A DNA stretch of 64,000 bases, taken from positions 62,001-126,000 of IMG/VR virus record IMGVR_UViG_3300042549_005931, one strand, 5' to 3'. The notes beneath the pieces were generated by a model. That model ran no database searches and was not told the origin of the DNA. It worked only from the letters and a program-made list of their open reading frames with translations. A program made the position numbers and the translations under genes. This document shows, one piece after another, positions 18,206 through 27,593 of this stretch. Within the stretch, counting starts at the first letter, position 1; the number at the start of each line of letters is the position of its first letter.

Positions 18206-19015
18206 CTATAAATAGTTTAATAGATTGAAACTCTCGTTTCTTAATTTCTTTATTGCCTTGTCTCTCAACTGTCTAATACGCTCTTTGGTACATCCAAACT
18301 CATCACCTAAGTCGTCTAAATTACATTCAATACCGTTTAATCCATAATATTTCTCGATAATAACTTTTTCTCTATCATCAAGTACGTTTAACATTTGAGC
18401 CACACGTTTTTTGATTTCTTCAGGAGTATTGAATATTTCTTCAGGATTTCCCGCATCCTTGTTTGGTATTAAATCAATCAATTGGTCACCATCTTCATTG
18501 ATTTCCTTAAACAATCCAACACAATATGGTAATGTGGTCGTATTGTCATTATTATTATCAATGTGGAACTTATCAATTTTATTTGTTTCGTTCTTCTTAT
18601 TTTTTTGAGCCTCTTGAACTAAGTTAGATGGTAGTCTAATTGTTCTTGCATTATCATTTAATGAAGCCATGATAGATTGTTTAACCCACCACACCGCATA
18701 TGATATGAATTTTAAACCACTTTTAGGGTCGAAACGTTCTGTTGCTTTGATTAATCCGATATTACCTTCTGATATTAAATCTAACAAGTCTAAACCCTGT
18801 CCTTGGTACATTTTGGCAACAGAAATAACAAATCTTAGGTTACCTAATACAAGTTCTTCTAATAATTTATCCTTTTCTTTCTTGGTTGTATTAGAATCAA
18901 GTAACAATTTAAATATTTCGTCTTGTCTTTGGTGACTTACGATGGGTATTTTACGAATGTCTTTTATATACTGATTTATTTCATCGGTACTGATAAGAAC
19001 GGCAGGTTTTCTCAT
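18206..19015 (-). CDS. RNA polymerase sigma-70 family factor (RpoD-like, no region 1.1)
   Basis: NLRFVISVAK.Y, DLISEGNIGLIKA.ERFDP..G.KFISYAVWW, RTIRLP, TKERIRQ...AIKKLR. Confidence 0.92.
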   Translation of the reverse strand: MRKPAVLISTDEINQYIKDIRKIPIVSHQRQDEIFKLLLDSNTTKKEKDKLLEELVLGNLRFVISVAKMYQGQGLDLLDLISEGNIGLIKATERFDPKSGLKFISYAVWWVKQSIMASLNDNARTIRLPSNLVQEAQKNKKNETNKIDKFHIDNNNDNTTTLPYCVGLFKEINEDGDQLIDLIPNKDAGNPEEIFNTPEEIKKRVAQMLNVLDDREKVIIEKYYGLNGIECNLDDLGDEFGCTKERIRQLRDKAIKKLRNESFNLLNYL

Positions 19016-19055
19016 AAATTTATGGTATTATATTATACAATATAACTAAAAAGTC

Positions 19056-19499
19056 TTAGTTTTCAAAATTATCTAAGAACTTTTTTTCTTCGGAGGTAAG
19101 ACTATCCATTCCGGTCTTTTCAATCTTTTCCAATAAATCATCTAATTCGAACACTTGTGATGATTCAGGTTTTACATACTCTAAATTCATAAACTTTGCG
19201 TTAGAAGGCTTGTAAATGAAATCTTTTATTTGTTGTGGAACGTGTGCACTAACTAAATTACTTCTGTCAAATATAAAATAAAACCTAACACTGTCATTTT
19301 TTAGAACATCAAACATATCTTTAGATAACTTTTGTAATTCACTATCTGAATCAAATATTACTATAATATTTTGAGAATTTTCAATCACGTATCTAACAGA
19401 TTTAACACAATCCATTTCACCGATGACATCCATGCAAAAATATTCTATATCTTCGTGGTCTTCAAACATCCCGAAAATAAATAAAATAAAGGTATTCAT
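19056..19499 (-). CDS. Hypothetical protein with DUF6576-like C-terminal motif
   Basis: LDDLLEKIEKTGMDSLTSEEKKFL. Confidence 0.55.
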   Translation of the reverse strand: MNTFILFIFGMFEDHEDIEYFCMDVIGEMDCVKSVRYVIENSQNIIVIFDSDSELQKLSKDMFDVLKNDSVRFYFIFDRSNLVSAHVPQQIKDFIYKPSNAKFMNLEYVKPESSQVFELDDLLEKIEKTGMDSLTSEEKKFLDNFEN

Positions 19500-19503
19500 A
19501 AAA

Positions 19504-20160
19504 TTACTTTTTAAGTTTTATTTTCCAATACATACCAAATCCAACATATGGTGACATTTTGTTACCGGTTGGTGTGTTACTATTGGCAACTCCAAGATTT
19601 AATTGAACTAACTTATCTCTCTTAGTTTTTAGTATTAAACCAGCAGATACGTTACTAACAACATCTTCTTTGTTAAATCCACCATTGAATCCCCAATATA
19701 CTTGGTTCTTTGGTAATTCTTTTACTATTGTTGTTTCTTTAACGGTTCTTTCTTTTAGATATGCGTTCCATTTTCTACCTAATACTTTATTCTTATAAAT
19801 TGTATCGGTAATTGAAATCATACCTAAATCATTATCTAATTTTAATGAATCTTTATAAACAACTTTCTTATAAAAATCTCTAAGAATTGTTAGGGTATCC
19901 ACTTTTGTTAATACGGGAACCTCGACATTCTTTTCAACAACCGTTTCATGATAAATGTCATCACCTTTAACGTACTTTGTTTTATAATGGTCTACAACAA
20001 ATGTATCAACCTTACGGCTTAACAGTTCGTATTTTTTACCGTTAACTTTTACGGTTTCACCAGGAATGTCACCACTTTTATCTGTGAAGTAGTAATAGGC
20101 AACAATGCATGCTAATATGATTAGGACGATTGTTTTGATGTCGAGTTTAAAAGTGTTCAT
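19504..20160 (-). CDS. Membrane-anchored protein with beta-strand-rich C-terminus
   Basis: N-terminal TM helix; ends YVGFGMYWKIKLKK; TATTTATA at 20176-20183. Confidence 0.6.
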   Translation of the reverse strand: MNTFKLDIKTIVLIILACIVAYYYFTDKSGDIPGETVKVNGKKYELLSRKVDTFVVDHYKTKYVKGDDIYHETVVEKNVEVPVLTKVDTLTILRDFYKKVVYKDSLKLDNDLGMISITDTIYKNKVLGRKWNAYLKERTVKETTIVKELPKNQVYWGFNGGFNKEDVVSNVSAGLILKTKRDKLVQLNLGVANSNTPTGNKMSPYVGFGMYWKIKLKK

Positions 20161-20188
20161 TATATCTATTTTATATATAAATATAATG

Positions 20189-20210
20189 AAGGGGACTTTT
20201 GTCCCCTTTT
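20189..20210. terminator. Stem-loop/terminator after clpP
   Basis: AAGGGGAC-TTTT-GTCCCCTT; short T-tail on the minus strand. Confidence 0.65.
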
Positions 20211-20211
20211 A

Positions 20212-20883
20212 TTATTTCTTCTTAACTATCTCGTCAATGATACCATAAGCCAAAGCTTCGTCAGCACCTAACCATAAATCTCGACTTGCATCGTTCTTAA
20301 CAGTTTCCGCATCTTTACCACAGTATCCACCCAACAATTCAAATAATGTATTGTTAATTTTTTCCCACTCAACCATAGTGATACGAGCATCTTGAATATT
20401 ACCACCCGCACCTCCTGATGATTGGTGTAACATTGTACGAGAGAAACGTAATGAACCACGTTTACCTTTTGTACCTGCACCTAATAGAACGGAACCCATA
20501 GATGCCGCCATACCTGTGTTAATTGTACGAATGTCTGAACCAATGTAATCCATAACATCAACCATTGATAAACCCGACTTCACACTTCCTCCTGGTGAGT
20601 CGATATGCATCGTGATGTCTGTACTATCCAAACTGTCTAAGAACATTAATTGTGCTTGAACTATGGTGGACATATGGTCATTTACCTCGCCAGCAACCCA
20701 AATAATTCTTTCCATCATCAAACGTGAGAAAACATCCATTACAGTTACATTCATACTTCTTTCTTCAAGAATATATGGTGTCATACTATTTTCAATGTTT
20801 GTGTTGAATCTGTGTAAATCTAACGAACTGATTTTGTGGTCTTTAGCGTATAGACCAAAACTATTTAATTCTTTCGGTGTCAT
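20212..20883 (-). CDS. clpP: ATP-dependent Clp protease proteolytic subunit
   Basis: DVFSRLMMERII, IDSPGG, AASMG (Ser), MLHQ (His), RDLW (Asp), YGIID. Confidence 0.95.
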   Translation of the reverse strand: MTPKELNSFGLYAKDHKISSLDLHRFNTNIENSMTPYILEERSMNVTVMDVFSRLMMERIIWVAGEVNDHMSTIVQAQLMFLDSLDSTDITMHIDSPGGSVKSGLSMVDVMDYIGSDIRTINTGMAASMGSVLLGAGTKGKRGSLRFSRTMLHQSSGGAGGNIQDARITMVEWEKINNTLFELLGGYCGKDAETVKNDASRDLWLGADEALAYGIIDEIVKKK

Positions 20884-20925
20884 ATATTTATTATTTAGGT
20901 AACAAAGATAGTAAAAAATTTCAGA

Positions 20926-23259
20926 CTACGAAATTTTTGTTGTGATAAAATCAATTGACGAGACATTCTCATCTTTCTTAATCATAATAAGATTATCCGA
21001 CCAGTTACGAATCAATGGATTATGAGAAATAACGATAATATGTTCAAAGTAGTTTTTAATCTTCTTAAAAAATTCACCAACCATTTCAAGGTTTTCATCC
21101 GCAATTTTGCCAAAGACTTCATCCATTACAACGATATTAGGCTTTGGTAATGATGAGATTTTGGTCAACACACTACGAAGTGCTAATGACGAAATTGTTC
21201 TTTCATAACCTGAACCGGCATTAAGAGGTTTTGCAATTCGTGATTCATTGTCAATCATAATGAATTCAACCTCATTCTTATCGTTAATGTTCATCTCCAA
21301 AATGAAATGACAACTATCAACTAATAAACGATATAGTTCTTGGTTAATTAACGGAACCATATTTTTAAGTATAACTTTTGAAATACCATTCTTACCATAA
21401 ACTGTAAGATATACTTTAAACACTTGCATCAATTCTTCCTCCGATTTAATTTTCTTGATTAAATCTTCGTTCACACCAATCTTTTCTTTCATATTGGTGA
21501 TGTTGTTCTTATGTTTCTCAGTATTTGTACCGTTTAAACGAATGTCAGCGTTTGCCGTTTCAATCTTGGTTCTAATACCAACAACCTCCGCGTCGATTTT
21601 ACGATTATCCTCAAGTTTCTTCTTGTTGTTCTCGTAATTGTCTAACTTTAATTGTTTTGCATCAATCTCAACTTGTTTTTGTTCAACCTCCAATTCATAA
21701 CGAGCTTGGATTAACTTATTTCTTTCATAAGCATCGAACTCATCTTTCAAACTTTTAAATGACTTATTCTTTTCTTCTAAATCATCTTGTTTGATTTTAC
21801 GTTCTTCACGTTTGTTTTTTAATGATTCAATAAGTTCTTTAATCTTATTAATCTCATCAGTATGGTCAACATCTTCAAGTGCTCTATTACATGTTGGACA
21901 TATAGAACCTTCCTCAAATTGTTTGATAAGTTTTTCATTTCTTGCAATGGCATCAACATCTAATTTATCCTCAACCAATAACGAGTTAATTTCTTTTTTA
22001 ATTAACTCATGTTCTTCTTCTAAATAATATTGAGATGGTTCTACAACGTTTACATTATTGGCGTTGGTTCTACTTGATGATTGTTTAGTTTTTAAATCCT
22101 TAATATCATTCTCAAGTTGATTTGGATTGGTATTAATTAGTTCGGTATCAATATTATTGTTTCTTGACCCGAGTAATTCATCTCTCCTATCCTCTAAACC
22201 TTTTAATGTTTTAGTATGTACATCTAGTTCATCAGCTAAAATAATTAGCAGTTCTTCTGAATTAGCTATACTATCACTATAAGTTTGGTTATCAATTTCT
22301 AATTGAGCAATGTTGTGAGTATTTGAAATTAATTTCTTACTCCAATCATTATAGATACCTTTAGCAACCTCTTCTTTTAATTTAAGAGACTCTAATCCCA
22401 TAAACTTAGTCAATATCTGTCCACGAGCGGTTGGCTTCGACTCAATCAATTCCTCGAGGTTATAACCGGTAGTTAAGATAGTTGACAAGAAGTCTTCCTC
22501 AGTACCAATAGCCGATTCAATAAACGCTTCGGTTTCTCTACGTTGTTCACCAGCTAAATTTTCAATTGTACCGTCTTCCTTACGTTTGTAAAACTCTAAC
22601 TTATTGGTAACGGTATAATCACCTGACTTTGATTTCTTTCTTAATGTTTTTCTTTCAATAACATAATCACCACCATCGATTGTAATTTCACCAGTTACAC
22701 TAACCTCATCTTTATCTGTGAATCGATTAAAGATTTCTGCATTGGTTTTGGTCTTAGTCGTTGAGTTAAAGAATAAGAACATTAATAGGTCTACGGTTGA
22801 AGTAGATTTCCCACCAAAGTTTTTAGGTGTGGACTCAACAACTGATATTCCATCCAAATTAGTAAAATCAATAACATTATTGTCCCCGAAAGATAGAAAA
22901 TTAGAAAACTCGACTTTCTTGATGAACCATTTGTTGTATCGTACTTTATTTTCATTTTGTTTTTCTATTTCTCCATTAACTCTATTATCTAATCTATCAA
23001 CAAGTTCCCATTTAGTAGTCATCTTATTCTCATCCATGAATTCCTTCATCAATGTTTTTTGATATTGACTATCTAAAATGTTATCCGAAACTTCTAATGA
23101 TTGTAATCGAGTATTTTGTACATTAGTTAAAGTCTTGGTAATGATTTGTACACTGGCTCCATTATACTTGTTCTGAAAGTATGACTTTACCCTTTTAATT
23201 TTCTCCGGTGTGAAATTTTCGGCAGTATCCTGCCAAGTTACCTTAATGAATGGACTCAT
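20926..23259 (-). CDS. sbcC: SbcC/Rad50 (T4 gp46-like) recombination ATPase
   Basis: NFLSFG, Walker A GGKST, coiled coils, CPTC zinc hook, GSGYE signature, VVMDE Walker B, ISH; ATGA coupling at 23256-23259. Confidence 0.9.
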   Translation of the reverse strand: MSPFIKVTWQDTAENFTPEKIKRVKSYFQNKYNGASVQIITKTLTNVQNTRLQSLEVSDNILDSQYQKTLMKEFMDENKMTTKWELVDRLDNRVNGEIEKQNENKVRYNKWFIKKVEFSNFLSFGDNNVIDFTNLDGISVVESTPKNFGGKSTSTVDLLMFLFFNSTTKTKTNAEIFNRFTDKDEVSVTGEITIDGGDYVIERKTLRKKSKSGDYTVTNKLEFYKRKEDGTIENLAGEQRRETEAFIESAIGTEEDFLSTILTTGYNLEELIESKPTARGQILTKFMGLESLKLKEEVAKGIYNDWSKKLISNTHNIAQLEIDNQTYSDSIANSEELLIILADELDVHTKTLKGLEDRRDELLGSRNNNIDTELINTNPNQLENDIKDLKTKQSSSRTNANNVNVVEPSQYYLEEEHELIKKEINSLLVEDKLDVDAIARNEKLIKQFEEGSICPTCNRALEDVDHTDEINKIKELIESLKNKREERKIKQDDLEEKNKSFKSLKDEFDAYERNKLIQARYELEVEQKQVEIDAKQLKLDNYENNKKKLEDNRKIDAEVVGIRTKIETANADIRLNGTNTEKHKNNITNMKEKIGVNEDLIKKIKSEEELMQVFKVYLTVYGKNGISKVILKNMVPLINQELYRLLVDSCHFILEMNINDKNEVEFIMIDNESRIAKPLNAGSGYERTISSLALRSVLTKISSLPKPNIVVMDEVFGKIADENLEMVGEFFKKIKNYFEHIIVISHNPLIRNWSDNLIMIKKDENVSSIDFITTKIS

Positions 23260-23864
23260 ATGTTTTTGTTTTCTATCCAATTACCATTTACTAAATCTAA
23301 TGTTTCAACATCTGAACGTTGAAAACATCTGAATGGTTCGTATTTTCCTGAATTGTGGGCGTAAATCATTTTTTTCTCAAATTTTCCATCAAAAACAGTT
23401 TTGGGTCTTATAATAATCATTTGAGTTAATTGTCTATTTGTCCTAATATATATATTGTTTTTATATGTTGGGTTGTCTTTTTGTTTAAAGATTGGTTTTT
23501 TATTTTTATCAGGTTCTAAATTAACCCAATAAGTTGGTTTGTACCATTTATCTTTTCTTTCCGGCATATTAACATGTGGGTAATCTAATTCTTTAGATTT
23601 ACGTGAATAATATTCATCCTCCCAAAAATTATTATCCCAACCACCATGTTCTAATTCAACACCAAATGTTCCATCAACCGATAATAAATCAACACCCATT
23701 TCATCGGGGTTAATATATAAATCCCAATTAAATAATCTTTTTAAAATTATTATCATTTGTTCTTTCACATACGAATCATCATATGCTATTACATTTTTTG
23801 AACCATCTTCATTGACCAGATTATTATGATAATTCTCTGCGGTTCTCGCTTCCGTATTTGACAT
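23256..23864 (-). CDS. Hypothetical protein, possibly PD-(D/E)XK-fold endonuclease
   Basis: E...GVDLL.....GVELEH pattern; lies between sbcD and sbcC. Confidence 0.4.
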   Translation of the reverse strand: MSNTEARTAENYHNNLVNEDGSKNVIAYDDSYVKEQMIIILKRLFNWDLYINPDEMGVDLLSVDGTFGVELEHGGWDNNFWEDEYYSRKSKELDYPHVNMPERKDKWYKPTYWVNLEPDKNKKPIFKQKDNPTYKNNIYIRTNRQLTQMIIIRPKTVFDGKFEKKMIYAHNSGKYEPFRCFQRSDVETLDLVNGNWIENKNI

Positions 23865-23867
23865 AAA

Positions 23868-24179
23868 CTATTTGATTCTACTCTCTTCGAAAAATTCAAC
23901 GATAGCGTTAACCATCCAAACTGCTCCGGCGGTAAACATCCCATCAAAAAATATAGTAGGCATCATAGGTAACTCAATATAAGTATTTACTAATCCACCT
24001 AAAATTATTGACATAAAGAAACCGACCCAAGTTCCTGTACATAATGTACATGATATTAAGTCACCGAAAAACTTTGAGTGTTTCTTTATAAAATTACGAG
24101 CCTTTTCAAAAATAGACCCCCAAACAAGGATGGAGGTCATACCATAACCTGCCAAAATCCAAAAAATAATTAGTTCCAT
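23868..24179 (-). CDS. Small membrane protein, DUF1360-like
   Basis: Three hydrophobic segments; LISCTLCTGTWVG motif. Confidence 0.6.
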   Translation of the reverse strand: MELIIFWILAGYGMTSILVWGSIFEKARNFIKKHSKFFGDLISCTLCTGTWVGFFMSIILGGLVNTYIELPMMPTIFFDGMFTAGAVWMVNAIVEFFEESRIK

Positions 24180-24215
24180 ATTGAAATATAGATAAAAAAA
24201 ATGAATTAAAAAAAT

Positions 24216-24890
24216 CTATTCGTCATAAAGTGAATTTAAATTACTATTTTTCATATACTTGGCTCTATTAATTTTACCAAGACTTTCTGTAATAGCATCC
24301 AATTCTTTTTGTAATTTTTCATTTAGCCCTTTTAGACGAATAATTTCAGTTTCGTCTATTTTAACGATTTCTTTTATAACTTCAACAGGTACTTCTTTGA
24401 TAACCTCTTTGATTACTTCGATTGGTACTTCTTTAATAACTTCAATAGGAACCTCCTTTATTACTTCAACCGGTACCTCTTTGATTATTGTTTTGGTTTT
24501 CGATTTACCCTGTACTTCTTTTATAACTTCAACCTCGATAGGAACTTCTTTTATTATTTCCTTAATGACCTCGACTTCAATGGGAACTTCTTTGATGACT
24601 TCCTTAATAACCTCGACCTGTACTTCTCTAATAACTTCCCTAATAACCTCAACTGGTACTTCCACAAGCTTTTCAACTGTGACTTCAACGATTTTTTCGA
24701 CTTCTTTGATGATTTCTTTTTCAATTGTTACCTCCTTTCCTTTTATATGTGATGGAGTCTCACCATACTTTAAAAGTGTGAAACCCCTGTTAAATGTTTC
24801 TTTAGCTTTCTTATCTACGTCTTGAATGTTATTTAATTCACAATATTGTATGAATTCTTTATCCAAGGTTAAGGTGTACTTCTTTACCAT
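24216..24890 (-). CDS. Protein with (VP)IEVIKE repeats and C-terminal coiled coil
   Basis: Many EVIKEV(P) units between about 24350 and 24730. Confidence 0.75.
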   Translation of the reverse strand: MVKKYTLTLDKEFIQYCELNNIQDVDKKAKETFNRGFTLLKYGETPSHIKGKEVTIEKEIIKEVEKIVEVTVEKLVEVPVEVIREVIREVQVEVIKEVIKEVPIEVEVIKEIIKEVPIEVEVIKEVQGKSKTKTIIKEVPVEVIKEVPIEVIKEVPIEVIKEVIKEVPVEVIKEIVKIDETEIIRLKGLNEKLQKELDAITESLGKINRAKYMKNSNLNSLYDE

Positions 24891-25677
24891 CCTCTATATC
24901 GGTTATATCTTTTATTTCAAAATGGAGAAATGGTTGTTCATTTGGTAAATCGTGAAATGTATATCCATCAGTCTCTACATTATATATACCATAACCATGA
25001 TGTTTCACCGTCTCACCAAAATTTTGTTGAATAAGACTTCCCGGCATTACCGCCTTTCCACCTTCAGGTAATGTAAATGTTTGTCTCTTATGAATGTCAC
25101 CACATAATAATAAATCCAAACCAACAAAGTTTAATCTATCATAAGCATCTTCAAACTCAAATCCCATATCCGTAGATAATCCTTGAATTGGTCCGTGGAA
25201 TAAACCTACATGAAATTTACCTTCTTCCTTCTCGTACTCAGGTTTTACATTATGTTGATACAATGAATAAACAACCCAATTGATATTCTCGTCAGGATAT
25301 ACACCACTATCTTTATAATATGTGATTGGTTCATCATATAATAGTTCAACAATTGGTGTGATACTATCTAAACGTTGTGTATTGTTCTCTAAGAAGTCGT
25401 GGTTACCCGGTATGATAACAACCCTACCAAACTCACCTAATTGTTTTAGGAACCAACTTGTTAACATCAATTGTTCATTGGAGATATTAATTTTTTGATG
25501 TGCAATATCACCCGCAACAACAATACGAATGTTTCCCCAACCAAGACCTTCATCCACCCAACCTTTATATTGGACTTTTAGTTCTTCAATTAATCTTTCA
25601 AATTGTTTTTTATACAATTCATGATATTGAAATGTTCTAATATGGATATCGGCAATGTGTACTATTCTTTTTATCAT
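24859..25677 (-). CDS. sbcD: SbcD/Mre11 (T4 gp47-like) metallophosphoesterase nuclease
   Basis: ADIH, AGD, PGNHD, FHG, GDIH, PGSL.QQNFGE. Confidence 0.9.
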   Translation of the reverse strand: MIKRIVHIADIHIRTFQYHELYKKQFERLIEELKVQYKGWVDEGLGWGNIRIVVAGDIAHQKINISNEQLMLTSWFLKQLGEFGRVVIIPGNHDFLENNTQRLDSITPIVELLYDEPITYYKDSGVYPDENINWVVYSLYQHNVKPEYEKEEGKFHVGLFHGPIQGLSTDMGFEFEDAYDRLNFVGLDLLLCGDIHKRQTFTLPEGGKAVMPGSLIQQNFGETVKHHGYGIYNVETDGYTFHDLPNEQPFLHFEIKDITDIEDGKEVHLNLG

Positions 25678-26531
25678 CGTTTTAAATATTTTTTTAAATC
25701 CATAGTTAAGATTGTGTCACTTATTTCTTTTGGTACTCTGAATTCTTCAAATGTACCATTTTCCTTTAAAAGAACAATAACACTACCCATTAATTTTGTT
25801 TTATCAAATTTGGTACCTTGTAACATTTTTAAAATCAATCTACCGTATAGTGGTAATTGTAAGTAATAGTGACCCAAGGCATTATCATGATAATTACCAA
25901 ATGGTGGATACAATCTACCAGTGTAATATTGAACTTCAAAGTTCTTTGGTTTATTAGTTTTCCAATCTGTGATAACTAAACCGTAATCAGTTTTTTGTCT
26001 GTTCATCATCAACCATACCTTATCGGGTTGACCGGTATATCCTTCTTCAGGGTCACCTAATACCATCTCAGTATCTAATAATACACCACCACGTTCCAAC
26101 ATTAAATCAAGAAACTCTTTACCTGCACCAATCATCGCATCACTCTTACGTTGTTGTTCCTCATTGATATCAAATATTGGTTGTCTCACATTTTTGTAGT
26201 TACCAAATCTATCAATGGTATCGGTTTCTAATTCAAAGTGAACACGACTACCCATATTGGTTGATAAATCACCGGCTTGTTTCCATTCCGCTAACAATTC
26301 TTTTGCACCTTCAGGGTCACCTTTACACATCTGTAATGCCTTACCTTCTGAATCAAAGTGTTTATGGAACTTGGATATTAGTCTTGAAACTGACGGGAAA
26401 TTACTTTTAATTTCACCGTTAAGGTCTCTCATATAATAAATGTGGTCTTCCTCAATAAAGGACAACTCTAATTGTTTCCTTTTTTCCTCCAACGTGTCTC
26501 TCATCTCTAACGAGATATCATATAAATTCAT
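25674..26531 (-). CDS. PD-(D/E)XK (RecB/Cas4-like) exonuclease
   Basis: PSVS, GSRVH, GQPDKVW, ITDWKT, YYLQLPLY. Confidence 0.8.
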   Translation of the reverse strand: MNLYDISLEMRDTLEEKRKQLELSFIEEDHIYYMRDLNGEIKSNFPSVSRLISKFHKHFDSEGKALQMCKGDPEGAKELLAEWKQAGDLSTNMGSRVHFELETDTIDRFGNYKNVRQPIFDINEEQQRKSDAMIGAGKEFLDLMLERGGVLLDTEMVLGDPEEGYTGQPDKVWLMMNRQKTDYGLVITDWKTNKPKNFEVQYYTGRLYPPFGNYHDNALGHYYLQLPLYGRLILKMLQGTKFDKTKLMGSVIVLLKENGTFEEFRVPKEISDTILTMDLKKYLKR

Positions 26532-26532
26532 A

Positions 26533-27477
26533 TTAATCTAATTTAATTTCTTTATAACCACTTAAATCACCAGCCAAATCTGCAATGTCTTTATCACCCT
26601 CCAATTTAATGATGTTAACTCGACCCATTAACTTACCACAATTAATTCTATGATAAAGTCTTTCAGCATCGTTCCACGCATCAGGGTCCAAGACAATAGT
26701 GAGTTCCCCCTTTGCATCATCGTATAACTTATAAAAAAGGTGGTCTGACATAAATTTACCCAACATTGGTATTGAGTTGGGGATAAATATGCTATCGAAA
26801 GCACCTTCAACGATGTATATTTTTTCATTCCATTTAACTAATTTCTCATTGAAAATAATAATCTCCTTTTGTACCTCGGGATTTTTATACTTCAATTTAG
26901 TGTATGATAGGTATGACCTTGCAATAAAATAATTTAAATAACCTTCCTCATTGTAAGATGGAATAATAATTCTATTTGCAAAGTCTCCTTCGTAACAAAA
27001 TCCAATGTTATATCTCTCTAACATTTCATCTGTAATATTTCTTTTCTTAATATAAGCCCACGCTTGTTTGAATTGTGATGTTAACCTCAATCCTCGACTT
27101 GCGTCTTTAAATAAGATAAACTCCTTTGGTAATTTTACATTTTTATAGACTCGTTTTGGTGCTTCACCATCCTCATCAGGTCTCAATATGATATATTTCT
27201 TGAGTTGTTTAGGATTACCGTGTTGTTTTATTAACTTATATAACGTACCATGAGTTCCGTGAGTCTCAGAACACGACCAACATTTAAAAACACTTTCTTT
27301 GTAGTTGATTTCAAGGTTTCCTTTCCCATCTCCGTGGTCAAGTTCCTTAATATCATATGAACAAACAGGACAATCAAAAGATATTTGTCCTTTGTAATCG
27401 TTGTGGAGTTTAGGTTCCCCTAAAATGTCCTCAAGGATATCAATTACCGGTGAATAATCTACTTTTTGGTCAGTCAT
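26533..27477 (-). CDS. dnaG: DNA primase (Zn ribbon + TOPRIM)
   Basis: CPVC...CWSC, RIIIP, KYKNP, VEGAFD, LDPDA. Start moved to ATG 27477 because the longer TTG frame crosses a terminator hairpin. Confidence 0.88.
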   Translation of the reverse strand: MTDQKVDYSPVIDILEDILGEPKLHNDYKGQISFDCPVCSYDIKELDHGDGKGNLEINYKESVFKCWSCSETHGTHGTLYKLIKQHGNPKQLKKYIILRPDEDGEAPKRVYKNVKLPKEFILFKDASRGLRLTSQFKQAWAYIKKRNITDEMLERYNIGFCYEGDFANRIIIPSYNEEGYLNYFIARSYLSYTKLKYKNPEVQKEIIIFNEKLVKWNEKIYIVEGAFDSIFIPNSIPMLGKFMSDHLFYKLYDDAKGELTIVLDPDAWNDAERLYHRINCGKLMGRVNIIKLEGDKDIADLAGDLSGYKEIKLD

Positions 27478-27521
27478 ACTCGAAAGGTAAGGAAAATATT
27501 CGAGAAAAAAAAATTGAGCAT

Positions 27522-27593
27522 AAAAAAAGAGAGCCGAACACCACCCCGACTCTCTACCAACCAAGAATGTATTTCTACATTCCCGACCTACAT
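27522..27593 (-). ncRNA. Candidate small structured RNA or attenuator with its own promoter and terminator
   Basis: TATTTAT boxes at 27595-27608; hairpin GGUCGGGAAUGUA-GAAA-UACAUUCUUGGUU; terminator AGAGAGUCGG-GGUGGUGU-UCGGCUCUCU-U6; all stem mismatches are G-U wobbles on this strand. Confidence 0.65.

Noticed and set aside
24259-24825. 188-aa plus-strand ITSTGTS-repeat ORF
   Set aside because: Antisense of the EVIKEVP repeat gene
25674-26531. Cas4-like nuclease as part of a CRISPR system
   Set aside because: No Fe-S cysteine set, cas genes or array nearby; context is replication/recombination
27478-27564. N-terminal extension of primase from TTG 27564 in the ORF track
   Set aside because: Runs through the terminator hairpin and T-tracts; ATG 27477 has a promoter-like box and starts the Zn-ribbon region
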